In this document: positions 47,001 to 56,513 of the stretch, one piece after another
Numbering within the stretch: position 1 is the first letter of the stretch
Layout: every line of letters starts with the position of its first letter
Source: a virus
IMG/VR virus record: IMGVR_UViG_3300037471_000902
Coordinates: 32,001 to 96,000 of that record
Strand: one strand, 5' to 3'
DNA length: 64,000 nucleotides
Notes under the pieces: model-generated
The model's input: only the letters and a program-made list of their open reading frames with translations
Told to the model about the DNA's origin: nothing
Database searches by the model: none
Made by a program: the position numbers and the translations under genes

Positions 47001-47714
47001 TCCATTCAACCAAACAGAACATGTTGATCCTGATCGTGTCACCGCAAGATGGAACCACGTGTTAGTTGGAATAGCATTTACCGAGCCAATGTTAACTGTC
47101 GCATTGCCAAATCTGTTGAAACCTAGCTGTCCGCTGGCGATTGACAATGATGTGCGACCAGTTGCATCAGCTCCCTGACGGCAGATGAACAAGTTAATAT
47201 CGCTGCCATCATATCTATACCAGCCCTCGACGGTAAATTCACCAGTCAGTAGGAGACCTGACTGGTTTGAAAATACAATGCTGTTCGAGACATTTCCACC
47301 GACCAGAATAGATGTGGTTCCCCACTTTGCTTGCGCATTCGTGATTGAGCAACCAGTGACACTTGTCGGTTGAAAGTGTGGGGGTGCCGAGTTTAGGATT
47401 GTCGTACTTCCATTTGCGCCAGTTCCATGAAGCAGTAATGGTACGTTTTCCCAATAAGGATCAATCCCACCTAACACGCCAGTATCAGTGAATGTGATTT
47501 GACCAACATTGTCAATCTTGTACACGTAATCTGACGAGTACGAAGACTGTGTGCTGGTAAAATTGAAGCTTGTCGGCATTCCCGTCACAGCGACAGTACC
47601 GAGAATCGATGACACTGATTTAAAGTCAAAGTGTGAAAGGGTCTGCGCTGCTAAAGCAACGACAGACGCCATCGAGAATCGATATAAATTGATTACTCCA
47701 ACAATACCGCTCAT
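44031..47714 (-). CDS. Multi-LamG/concanavalin-A-like lectin domain virion protein
   Basis: Repeated FT[V/I]E.W...W.H.A..R...Y.D..RIT.G.ARY units plus a terminal LADSP.MYYRLNE LamG-type domain. Confidence 0.85.
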   Translation of the reverse strand: MSGIVGVINLYRFSMASVVALAAQTLSHFDFKSVSSILGTVAVTGMPTSFNFTSTQSSYSSDYVYKIDNVGQITFTDTGVLGGIDPYWENVPLLLHGTGANGSTTILNSAPPHFQPTSVTGCSITNAQAKWGTTSILVGGNVSNSIVFSNQSGLLLTGEFTVEGWYRYDGSDINLFICRQGADATGRTSLSIASGQLGFNRFGNATVNIGSVNAIPTNTWFHLAVTRSGSTCSVWLNGSLLGTFTDGATWGNGVGGIILGECAAQFYLSDFRVTNGTARYTGSFTPSVTPFSHTGDLYWIKNVLILSAMNNTRPVDYSQLLNAITHTAVTTSSAQAKFGSLSFSFNGTTSYLSVPNGAINLSSSDFTIEMWVYSTNNTGGHVLFDGRATAGSSIGFMLYASNGILQIFSNNADQISGQSTLGPALNGWTHIALCRSGTSIRAFVDGVITGTWVTSATFADARCVIGRDNSGSNQYWSGYMDQVRISKGIARYIDKFPIPTTPLPLMVDPYFNQVALLLNFNGSNGSTTFTDASINVNTVGMGTGSSGAPFISSFGKFGSALFLDGVDDSIAVQNSSSLNLAVVDFTIEAWIYLNSLGTASTGCCILEKGEISGSTKEAYGLRVYNNGSISGTIGTSSGTVVTAAASPAGIITTNTWYHVAFTFTVANNAMRVFVNGAVVAIATAPGAMYDPGTAIRIGQYPNGGGNNDWWFSGYIDDIRITRGVARYTAPFVPPVSPFVPKLGMNDVSAEPNAFTYDVQAIASNTVSAPITLKENNDKNLQQVKLILNDGSFTDKSPANITLSNNNGLSSSSSTVKFAGFSTMSFPGPSGGTPRLELPAGAHIAGEDATVEAWIYPTTSGYIWSQYTNGTGDFANRTSFGINASGNIYFQKGGSAVTGTTALAFSTWHFVEMSRVGSIVYIFANGNLEGTLSISGNFSSDAGCLGAAQAARIPDSTAVFTGNMGPVRITIGTGRHTSNYSIPGDVFPVAARYHQQILADSPVMYYRLNEVIGTTAFNSGSTGIAGGATGIAGTYNGTYTLNQAGFTSGGGSVLFSGTSASCVNTSITTGYTTLSIEFFFNADGSNTQPMQFIVGKTIYDPQTASDFPVAVVWDGSINKLRFRLSTGNDLTVDAEVLSNVLTPGQDYHVVATYSAGGTAALWVNGVSQGSVSTATITINSNTVPWRIGAAQEAGVGVGVSAFKGRIGEVAIYNTVLSSTRIAAHYAAR

Positions 47715-49528
47715 GCGAAGTCCTTGTTCAGCGTGGCGCGCCACGTGGTGCCATTGTCGAAGGAGGTGATACCTAACACGTCAACTTTGTTTACCGCGCT
47801 TGAGATGGTTGGTGCAGAACCACCTGGCCATTTGAATGATGAAGGCCACGCGAAAGTGCGAGGTGTTGCAGGATCTTGCGTGATTTGGATCATCAAGCTA
47901 ATACCTCTTCCAGCGCCAGGAAGATTTGAGAATGTCAGGTTAGTGACGTTAGCGCCCAATGTCAATGTGAAATAATCACCCAGCAGACAATCAACGTTGA
48001 CTGTGCCAGAGCTGTTAGTCAGTGTTGAAACAGTGCTGATTCCGTTTGCAATTGCGAGATAACCGATCAAATTGACCTTTAATCCCTTAGCTGTTCCATC
48101 TCCAATCTGATCTACGTCGATCGTGATTTCAGAATCATCTGCGATTAGAATTGCAGATCCAGTCAGAACAGGTGGTGTCGCAGCTGTTGCAGAAGTTTTC
48201 TCTCCGTTGTCAATGGTGATTTTTGTCGAGAACACTGATGTTCCGTTTACCTTCACGTTGACAGTAACTAGCGCGCCGCTGGTTTGAGCAGTGTTTAAGC
48301 TTGCACGAACTGCAAAAAGACGGAATGCTCGTGGAGCACGAAGAGTAATTTTACCAGTTCCAGTTGTTAGCGCAGAAGTTTCATCACTTGCAGCAATTGG
48401 CAAGTCGTAGGTGTCGCCATTATTTGAAAGAGCTGCATCAACATAGGATTTAACAGCTTTCTCAGTTGGGATGTTAGAGTCTGCATTACCCGCGAGAGCA
48501 GTCGATGTGGTGACAGAGATTCCGCTGTCCTTAATTACCTTACCAGTTGTCCCGTTGAATGTGACAATACGATCTGTCACAGAGGAAGATGGACCAGTTA
48601 CATCACCAGCAGGTTTAGCATCGACGTACGCCTTAACCGCGGCTTCTGTTGGAATATTCGTATTAGAGTTGCCAGCCAGAGTAGTTGAGGTAGTGAGTGA
48701 AAGTCCACTATCCTTGATAACTTTTCCGCTCGTTGCATTGAACGTTGCAAAATGATCAACAACCGCTGATGCGGGTCCAGCCACGTCACCAGTTCCAGTA
48801 GGACGCGAGTCAACATACGCCTTGACAGCAGCTTCTGTAGGGATATTCGTATTAGAGTTGCCAGCTAATGTGGTGCTCGTAGTTACTGCTAATCCACTGT
48901 CCTTAATTACTTTGCCGGTCGTGGCATTGAAGGAAGCAAGATTGTCAACAACAGATGACGCAGGACCTGTGACATCTCCAGAACCAGTTGGCTTTGAGTC
49001 GACGTATGCCTTGACAGCAGCTTCTGTTGGAATGTTCGTGTTGGAATTTCCAGCCAGTGTGGTGCTTGTGGTGATAGCAAGGCCACTGTCCTTGATCACT
49101 TTACCGGTTGTTCCGTTGAATGTGACAACACGATCTGCCACTGAGGAAGCTGGACCTGTGACGTCTCCAGTACCACCAGTTGCTAGAACAATCCAGTTAG
49201 TGCCATTGTATTGGTAATTGACGGATTCATCAACTGCATAGACGAGCCATCCATTTTTTGGTGGATAAAATTCCCATGCAGCAGGAATTGCACTCCAACG
49301 TGCAATGCTTTTATCGTGGCCGGCCCATGCACCTGTTGCAGAAGCACCGACGATGTATGTTGCGCCGTCAGTTGGTGAACCAGGTGGAGCTGTGAGATCC
49401 TTATCAAGGATTTTTGGTTGAACTAACGTGTCAAGACCGCGCCACATGGCCATGAGCGCGTCATAGTGTTCCTCGCCCTTAGTACCATTAACGAGTAAGC
49501 CTAGGTTTGGGCCATTAGAAAGTGCCAT
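47711..49528 (-). CDS. DUF2793-type fibre protein with four tandem repeats
   Basis: LTAPPGSPTDGATYIVGASATGAWAGHD..IA N-terminus; C-terminal TLTLGANVT...WPSSFKWPGG...FDNGTTW. Confidence 0.8.
   Translation of the reverse strand: MALSNGPNLGLLVNGTKGEEHYDALMAMWRGLDTLVQPKILDKDLTAPPGSPTDGATYIVGASATGAWAGHDKSIARWSAIPAAWEFYPPKNGWLVYAVDESVNYQYNGTNWIVLATGGTGDVTGPASSVADRVVTFNGTTGKVIKDSGLAITTSTTLAGNSNTNIPTEAAVKAYVDSKPTGSGDVTGPASSVVDNLASFNATTGKVIKDSGLAVTTSTTLAGNSNTNIPTEAAVKAYVDSRPTGTGDVAGPASAVVDHFATFNATSGKVIKDSGLSLTTSTTLAGNSNTNIPTEAAVKAYVDAKPAGDVTGPSSSVTDRIVTFNGTTGKVIKDSGISVTTSTALAGNADSNIPTEKAVKSYVDAALSNNGDTYDLPIAASDETSALTTGTGKITLRAPRAFRLFAVRASLNTAQTSGALVTVNVKVNGTSVFSTKITIDNGEKTSATAATPPVLTGSAILIADDSEITIDVDQIGDGTAKGLKVNLIGYLAIANGISTVSTLTNSSGTVNVDCLLGDYFTLTLGANVTNLTFSNLPGAGRGISLMIQITQDPATPRTFAWPSSFKWPGGSAPTISSAVNKVDVLGITSFDNGTTWRATLNKDFA
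48434..49168 (-). repeat. Four tandem coding repeats of about 185 bp (GDV.GP.S.V.D....FN.T.GKVIKDSG...TTST.LAGN...NIPTE.AVK.YVD)
   Basis: Visible in both DNA and translation. Confidence 0.9.
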
Positions 49529-49545
49529 TTCTCAAATTTCCTTTT

Positions 49546-52044
49546 TTAAGTTCCCAGTGATAGGCCAAGGCCATATCCTAATCCAGTCAGCACGCTTGTA
49601 GAGCAAATAACCGTGAACGGTCCTGTTCCATCTGGAACAGTAAACGAAAAACTCATTGTGCTGGTTGCAGCGGGTATCTGATCATACGGTGAATTATTGA
49701 CAGGAACGTTGAATGTTGAACCTGAATCAGCAGTAATCGTCACAGACTGAACATCCGCGGGCTCTGTCAAAGTGACGACATACGAAGTCGTCACTGAATC
49801 AACATGCAATCCGCTAATGTCATGAACTGAAGGTGTATAAATCAAGTTAGTTCTAGTGAGCGTGCTTGACTCATACTCATTAATTACTAGTCCCTCAAAG
49901 AATGATGTACTAGAACTGTCTCCGGACGACGTGTCACCAACAACCGTAATCTCATTGTCAATATTTAGGTGTTCGCTAATTTTGACATTTATCACCTGTG
50001 CCCACGAGCTCTGCTGGTGGAACCTGATAGTCATCAACGTAGATGAGTTGATAAATTCGCTGAAAAAATCTGAATCAAAAGTAAGGAATGACGCCTGTCC
50101 AGCCGCTTGGGTGACAGACATAATCCGAGTATTTGGATCAGAAGCCGCGAAAATATCTACAGTGCTTGGCTTATCTGGGAAAACCGCGGGTTCAGAATCA
50201 GCATTCAGATATTCAAATGCCAATGGTACCCATCCGTCAGAGTCCAACAGTGATTGATATCCAGGAGAATTGTTAAAGCGGAAACGAATGTAATCTCGTT
50301 CTACCTTGTCGATAACAATCTCATCACCAGCAGTTGCACCTGGGATGATAACAACGTTCTTGCTATGATAGAGTGGAAAATACTCTTGAAGAGGATCAAC
50401 CGGATATTTTTTCTCCCATGCTCCCGCGTCAAACGGAATCTCGTCATTTGGAAATTCGTCAAATCCAACATCAATAGGATATGAGCTGACAGGAGCAATG
50501 AAGATGGAGAGCTTGTTAGTCGGACCGGTTCCAGTAATTAGGAATTTTGAAATGTCGTCCTCATACGAGACGCCAAGTTGGAGACCTTTTGAGAATCCAT
50601 ACACGTTGTTTTCTACTGTTGCAGTGGTAAATCCACTAGGACCAGTTGTGAAGCTGACAGTGTATTTGCTTGGTTGCGCTGAGCTGTGGACCCATCGTTG
50701 TTCTTCAAAGCCAAAAAACAATTCGCTAATATCAGAACCAACGCATGGATAGTAGGTCAGTTCAGGAATTTTGAAGCCAATCTGACCATTAAAATACCAC
50801 TCACCAATAGTTGCAGGAGTTTGCCAGCCGCTCAAGCTGCCATAAACTAAGTAGCTAGGACGACGCTTTCCACCAGTGTCTTTTACAGTGAACGTGAATT
50901 GTTCAGCCGCGGCAAACGTATGTCCATTTTTATTGATGGTGAAGTGTACGTTAGCGTCCTTATACGATTGGTTAACATCTAGATTTTCAACCGTATATCC
51001 AGGACCATGGAGTGTGTATGTAGTTGCCGAAATGAACGTAAGCGTGTACGCACCAGCAACTGCCCATTCAAGTCCATGGGCATACAGAGTTAGTGTTGGA
51101 GTTCCGCTAGCAAGAGAACCAGTGAATGTTGGAGCGCCGACAAGTGCTAACGCGTTGGTTTTGATAAGCGTCCAGGTCTGATCAATGCTGTCAGATGCAA
51201 CGTAGACCTTCACGCTAGGAGTCAAAACAAACTCATCACCATCCACGATATCAGCATTTACAGTAGCTGTGAATGTAACCCTAGCATCTGCAAAAAGAAC
51301 TGATGGGGTGGCATTACCAATCAAACCACTTGTCGATCCAACAACTGAAAATGTTTGTGTGTCAGCATCCCATGTAATGGTCCACTCTTCTGGGTAACCG
51401 TTATCCCAGCTGTCAACGCTTACACTGCCAAACGATCTATCAACTTGTTTTGGATATGATAGAGTTCCAAGACGCGGTTCATTCTCTGCGCCAGGTTGAA
51501 GTGATTGCCATGACTGCGCTGTAGCATTTGTTAAGAAGGAGAACGCGCCGTGGCTGATATGATAGCCAATACTTTCGACAAGTTCTACGCCATTTCTTTC
51601 TACACGTGGGATTCCAACTCCACTAAAGTGTCTAGGACTAAAAACACCGCTGTTTAAGCCAGCAATTTCACTTGCGTTAGTCGCAATGAATTTATTTTGA
51701 CTTGATTCGCTAAACAGCTTGTTAACTAGAATCGGCGCAAACGGATATGTGAGGCGCCGCCCATCTGACGCGATGATTTTATCAGCAGAAAGTGTGCTCT
51801 CTGGACGAATGGGAGCGCGCTCCCAAACCTTCCTTAGAATATTCTGACTCGCCTTAGTGTAGTCCAACCCTAGTATGGCCATAGAGCGAACGTCAGAAAC
51901 TACTGAGACATTTACTGTGTCTTCGAAAAGATATTCTTCAACAACTTCAGAAAGTTTCGTGTGAAATGGCTTTACGTCTAGAACGTAGTCTATAAGACTG
52001 TCGACGTGTCCGTTTGATACGACGAGATTGTTTGCGTCAGCCAT
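49546..52044 (-). CDS. Large baseplate/tail structural protein
   Basis: LIDYVLDVKPFHTKL motif; repeated WT.T....FSV.GS.SG units; TGATG coupling. Confidence 0.75.
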   Translation of the reverse strand: MADANNLVVSNGHVDSLIDYVLDVKPFHTKLSEVVEEYLFEDTVNVSVVSDVRSMAILGLDYTKASQNILRKVWERAPIRPESTLSADKIIASDGRRLTYPFAPILVNKLFSESSQNKFIATNASEIAGLNSGVFSPRHFSGVGIPRVERNGVELVESIGYHISHGAFSFLTNATAQSWQSLQPGAENEPRLGTLSYPKQVDRSFGSVSVDSWDNGYPEEWTITWDADTQTFSVVGSTSGLIGNATPSVLFADARVTFTATVNADIVDGDEFVLTPSVKVYVASDSIDQTWTLIKTNALALVGAPTFTGSLASGTPTLTLYAHGLEWAVAGAYTLTFISATTYTLHGPGYTVENLDVNQSYKDANVHFTINKNGHTFAAAEQFTFTVKDTGGKRRPSYLVYGSLSGWQTPATIGEWYFNGQIGFKIPELTYYPCVGSDISELFFGFEEQRWVHSSAQPSKYTVSFTTGPSGFTTATVENNVYGFSKGLQLGVSYEDDISKFLITGTGPTNKLSIFIAPVSSYPIDVGFDEFPNDEIPFDAGAWEKKYPVDPLQEYFPLYHSKNVVIIPGATAGDEIVIDKVERDYIRFRFNNSPGYQSLLDSDGWVPLAFEYLNADSEPAVFPDKPSTVDIFAASDPNTRIMSVTQAAGQASFLTFDSDFFSEFINSSTLMTIRFHQQSSWAQVINVKISEHLNIDNEITVVGDTSSGDSSSTSFFEGLVINEYESSTLTRTNLIYTPSVHDISGLHVDSVTTSYVVTLTEPADVQSVTITADSGSTFNVPVNNSPYDQIPAATSTMSFSFTVPDGTGPFTVICSTSVLTGLGYGLGLSLGT

Positions 52045-55000
52045 CAATTTATTCCGTCTTCCAGTTCTGCTTCAGTTCTCTCTTCAACTGTTGTAGTCGT
52101 GTAGACAGAAACAAATGAAGTTTTGAAGATGTCAGTGAACTCATAATTGTTTGCAAGGGCGTCTTCGAGCACTGCGAAGAAAATCTCATTGATTTGCTTA
52201 GCACGAGCGCTTGACCAGATTAATTCCATAGTTGCTCGAGCAGTTTCTGCGTCCTTAAACCATTCATCTGCATCGTCAAAATTAACTGCCCTGATATAAT
52301 CAGGGATCACCGTGCCACCGATCTTGAGCTCGAGTGATGTATTTAGAATCGTGTGCTTAATCGTAGAACGTACTAGATCAGTGTCAGCGAAAATCTGACC
52401 TGGCTTAAAGCCAAATCGCGTGCGTGTTCCATTTCTAGCATCGTAGTCGACGCGTGATTGGGCTGGTAGAGGGTTACCACCGACATCAGCTCCAGCTGCC
52501 GCGTCTGTAAGTTGATCCCACAGCTTTCGCGGAATCCTTGAGTTCTGACTCTTTCTAATCAGTGTCCATTCAGCGTGAACATTTCGCAGGTTAAGATCCT
52601 CAGGATCATCTCTCAGCGTGTTGTTGTTTGCTAGACGCAGCTTGTAAGTCCCGTTGTTAGTGACATAGGTATTGAGGCCTGCGATGACGATGGAATCGTA
52701 CGCCTTTTTATCCTCTACAAGCTGTTCAAACGCCATGTATTCGCTTGGACCATTTTTCAAAATGGACTTTGCTTGTACTAGAGACATGCTCTTGTTAGGG
52801 CGAACAACAGTGCTGTCCTCAACCCAGAAATAATATTTGGCGCCTACGATTGACCCATTCTCGTTGCGCACGTCAATTTTGGTGTATTGATAGTCAGTTT
52901 TGTACTGGACTTGAATTGACGGATTATCTACTTCTTCTGGGTTAAATGCGAGTTCAGCAGCAGTAGGCTCATATGCACGATACACTAGGAGCGCTTTCGC
53001 GCCAAGGTGCAGTATATTAGTGAGTGCGATGCTTTCAGAACCAAGAGTTGACGTAATGACGTAGTTCTTCGGACTTATCTGGATTCCATCAACAAAGACT
53101 GACACTCTGTTTGGATTGATAGCCTCATTAGGTTGCAGGAAATCAGATCCAGAGAAACTAATGATGTCTGTTTCGTTGGAGATCTTCTGAATTTGAATTG
53201 GATTCAGCGCCTCCCAATCAGTCCATGATGTTGTATAGCGTTTGATTGGGATACCATTCCTCAAGGTGAGAGTATCAACGCCAATGTCCTTGATAATATC
53301 TGACGATGCGATGATTTCAACATTGGCACCGATATATGGGAACCACTTGTGGTGAGGGAATGCCAAGTCACTGTCAAGATCGTCTTGCGTTGGCACTTCA
53401 AAGCTTACCCACCCATACTCTGTCGTTGCATAGTCTGGATCGCTTTCATCATTAATGAAAATGGTGTCTGGCAGTGCGATGATTTGAGTGAATGCGTTAC
53501 CCTCGCGGACATACACGTCGACCCACGACATAGCAATATCAGTTGCTAGATCACCAGCCAAATACGTAGACGTCATGTCATCACGAACGACTGTCAAGCG
53601 AAGTCCAGTATTTGGGAACTCAATTGTTAGGGTGTTATCAGAATCTGGAAGCCAGTCATTCAATGCTACTTCTTCAGTAGTGTTGTGTTGGTCTGTAATT
53701 CGCAGGCGACGAATGTAAGATGCGGAGTCGCGCTGTTCCAAACTCACGGTGAGAGTTAGCCGACCGATCATCGATCCAATCCTGCCATCTGGAATAGCAG
53801 ATATGCTAATGCTCGTCAGCAAGCCTGATGCCAATAGCGATGGCGAGGAGAGTGTCGCTGACGAGCCAATGTCATAGACTAAACTATCTTCATTTACAAC
53901 AATCTCACCAAATGGAGTATTGTTCTTCCATGCAGAAACATGATTTCCAGGAACAATGTCAAAATCTTCAAGTCGACCAGCATCAACATAGATTGCATTA
54001 TCAGCAACAATCAATCGCTGCATACCAGGACCAAATGCTGGGTGCGCGTTTACACCGCCAACAAGAGACTTTGACCATGCTATTGGTTTTACAGAAATGG
54101 ATCGATTGCGGCGGTAGTTAGTTTTTCTAGCTGCCTTGCCTGATGCCCTAGAGATTGCAGGAATATCTGAAGCACCTTCTTCTTCCAACGCCAATGCATC
54201 ATATTCTGAAGGAGGAACATCGCTTTCAACCCACTCATACAGATCGATGCTTGCCCATTCTGCCAAGTTGCCCCAGCGAGCATGGCGCTCATTACGATCT
54301 GAGAAAATCGTAGCATCATAGTATGGGATATACCCAAGATTAGCTGTATTCCACCAAACACGGCCAACTTCCTTTTTACCCCATGCCTTTAGAGCAACAT
54401 AATTAGGGTTCTTGACAGTCTGACCAGTCGTATTGTAGAAGGCAGGATCCTTAGAAGTTATCGAGCTGATGATTTCAAGTGGTTCGTACGCATGAATGCC
54501 AATGGCTGGGTGCCAAAGTGCAAATTCCTTAATCATCTCGTTTTCTACGTAGTCAAACAATTTAACTGGGCTTACCTTTGTAGGATTTACCCAAGTATAA
54601 CCACGAACAGCAAAACGAACACCGCGTGCATCAACGTTCACTGCTGAAGGAACATTTATGATTTTCAATGTCGATGCATTCACCATCAATGCATCAACTG
54701 TTGAAGTTTCTGACAGTACTACAAGGCCGCCTTCATGGTCATACGTGTATTCTTGCACGAATACATTTGGAGGTACTTCGCTATTATGAAAAATACCAAC
54801 ATCGACAAAGGTGTTAGCTTGTAGATTTGCTGTCTCCACGAAAAATTCCATCTCTTCTGCGTCGAAGGAAATTTCTTGTCCCAAATCGTCTATGCTAAAC
54901 CAGCGCGTATCATCATTCGATTCTATCTGCGTGAAGTTTGGCAGAGGAGTTGACGGAGTATCAGTGAAGAACTGGAGCTGAGTAAATTTTTGAATGCAGT

Positions 55001-56450
55001 CAGCGACTTCAACCTTTACCTCTGGGAAGGAGCGTAGTCTAGCATCGCCATACTCCGCGATTTTGTAAGCCCAATATTCATCAACATCAGCTTTCGTGAA
55101 TTTTTTGTAGTTCACGAAAGCATCAATCGCCATATTCGTTCCCTTGGCCTGAATGAGACCGCGCCAGAAGTTAAATTGGGTAGCATCACTTGCACCAAGA
55201 TCATTGAAGTATGATTTCTTGTTGTAGCCTAATAAAGATAAGGCGTGCTCTGCTGTTACTGGTTCATCAAAGGTTCTGCCTGCGTCATAGTACTTGCCAA
55301 TTGCGTCAACGCTGGAGGTGATGTTTCTAACGACATTGTTCCCAGACAGAACAAAACCTGGGAAGTGTGGCTTGCGGTTGGTTTCCTCTTGACGAGTAAA
55401 ATCCAAATACGCTGATTGAATGCGTAAACCTAGGAATGGATCAAAGATTGTAGCGCTATCAGACCCCTCGCTCACATTGTTGTTCATGAGCAGAACATGC
55501 TCATACTCGTCAATGAACAGATGCGCGGAGAAAATTGGCACACTGGAATAAGTCACTGTGTGGTCATCTAGGCGAACAACATCTAACTTGCTCACAGGGA
55601 TAGCAGAGCCCACAACATCGAACACTGCTTGGGCTGTGCTGACGTCTATAAACGCTGACTCTGTATATTGTGATTGGAGACCGGATGGTGTGTCCAGCCA
55701 GATCGAATGCATGAATGGATTCAGAATATGGCCTTCACCAGGAGCAAAATTCCTGTAGATACGGTCTACAAGTTTTTCGATCTCAAGTTGCCAATCTAAA
55801 TTCCGACCTGTTTCTGAATCAGTGATGATTGATTCACCATGATTAAAACGGAAACCCAAATCGTCAAGACGGTGAATATATCCGTACAGAACATTTATCA
55901 AATTCTGTACACCAGTAACCGTGAATGGCGTTGTCACAGACCTTACTTCACCGTTTATAGAGAAGTGTTTCCATTCACGATCTGTGGATTCTCCCTGCAG
56001 GGCGTTGAACGTCTGATATTCTGCACTAGTATCCAGATCATAGTACTCCATGATTGGGTGAGCAGGATTGTAGGTCTCGACACGGAAGACCCAATCAGCA
56101 CCATCCTCATATGGAACAACATATCCATTGTGAGCAGCCATCGTTCCAGATTGAACAAGCTGTACACGGATTGCTGATATCCATTTGCCTTCTACGTGTT
56201 CGCGCTTCTTTAATACGACATTGTACGCGGTAGATGGAAGTATTCCGAATGTAGTCCCAATCTTTATCGTGTCGTTCCGAATGAGGGCGCCCAGACGATG
56301 GGCTAGCCTGACCTCCCAGTTTCTATACGCATTTGTTGCTTCAGACTGGTCTGTGTCAATATAGCTGTGACGAAGCAGGTTAGTAAACAGCTGCCCCAAA
56401 CCAAGGAACTTCTGCGTTTTAGCAGGTGTAAACTTTGCTTTAAATCCCAT
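52044..56450 (-). CDS. Giant virion structural (baseplate) protein
   Basis: 1468 aa; FWRGLIQAKGT, VDEYWAYKIAEYG, WGKKEVGRVWWNT, LYEWVESDVPPSEY, IFKTSF. Confidence 0.75.
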   Translation of the reverse strand: MGFKAKFTPAKTQKFLGLGQLFTNLLRHSYIDTDQSEATNAYRNWEVRLAHRLGALIRNDTIKIGTTFGILPSTAYNVVLKKREHVEGKWISAIRVQLVQSGTMAAHNGYVVPYEDGADWVFRVETYNPAHPIMEYYDLDTSAEYQTFNALQGESTDREWKHFSINGEVRSVTTPFTVTGVQNLINVLYGYIHRLDDLGFRFNHGESIITDSETGRNLDWQLEIEKLVDRIYRNFAPGEGHILNPFMHSIWLDTPSGLQSQYTESAFIDVSTAQAVFDVVGSAIPVSKLDVVRLDDHTVTYSSVPIFSAHLFIDEYEHVLLMNNNVSEGSDSATIFDPFLGLRIQSAYLDFTRQEETNRKPHFPGFVLSGNNVVRNITSSVDAIGKYYDAGRTFDEPVTAEHALSLLGYNKKSYFNDLGASDATQFNFWRGLIQAKGTNMAIDAFVNYKKFTKADVDEYWAYKIAEYGDARLRSFPEVKVEVADCIQKFTQLQFFTDTPSTPLPNFTQIESNDDTRWFSIDDLGQEISFDAEEMEFFVETANLQANTFVDVGIFHNSEVPPNVFVQEYTYDHEGGLVVLSETSTVDALMVNASTLKIINVPSAVNVDARGVRFAVRGYTWVNPTKVSPVKLFDYVENEMIKEFALWHPAIGIHAYEPLEIISSITSKDPAFYNTTGQTVKNPNYVALKAWGKKEVGRVWWNTANLGYIPYYDATIFSDRNERHARWGNLAEWASIDLYEWVESDVPPSEYDALALEEEGASDIPAISRASGKAARKTNYRRNRSISVKPIAWSKSLVGGVNAHPAFGPGMQRLIVADNAIYVDAGRLEDFDIVPGNHVSAWKNNTPFGEIVVNEDSLVYDIGSSATLSSPSLLASGLLTSISISAIPDGRIGSMIGRLTLTVSLEQRDSASYIRRLRITDQHNTTEEVALNDWLPDSDNTLTIEFPNTGLRLTVVRDDMTSTYLAGDLATDIAMSWVDVYVREGNAFTQIIALPDTIFINDESDPDYATTEYGWVSFEVPTQDDLDSDLAFPHHKWFPYIGANVEIIASSDIIKDIGVDTLTLRNGIPIKRYTTSWTDWEALNPIQIQKISNETDIISFSGSDFLQPNEAINPNRVSVFVDGIQISPKNYVITSTLGSESIALTNILHLGAKALLVYRAYEPTAAELAFNPEEVDNPSIQVQYKTDYQYTKIDVRNENGSIVGAKYYFWVEDSTVVRPNKSMSLVQAKSILKNGPSEYMAFEQLVEDKKAYDSIVIAGLNTYVTNNGTYKLRLANNNTLRDDPEDLNLRNVHAEWTLIRKSQNSRIPRKLWDQLTDAAAGADVGGNPLPAQSRVDYDARNGTRTRFGFKPGQIFADTDLVRSTIKHTILNTSLELKIGGTVIPDYIRAVNFDDADEWFKDAETARATMELIWSSARAKQINEIFFAVLEDALANNYEFTDIFKTSFVSVYTTTTVEERTEAELEDGIN

Positions 56451-56453
56451 TTC

Positions 56454-56513
56454 AGGTGACCTTGAATCTCATGACTATTATTTAGTCAATTAGTGAGATT
56501 CAAAAAGTCACCT
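56454..56513 (-). promoter_or_regulatory. 60-nt three-stem hairpin with TAAATA at its apex, covering the RBS of the next gene
   Basis: aggtgac/gtcacct, ttgaatctca/tgagattcaa, tgacta/tagtca; motif at 56479-56484. Confidence 0.7.
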
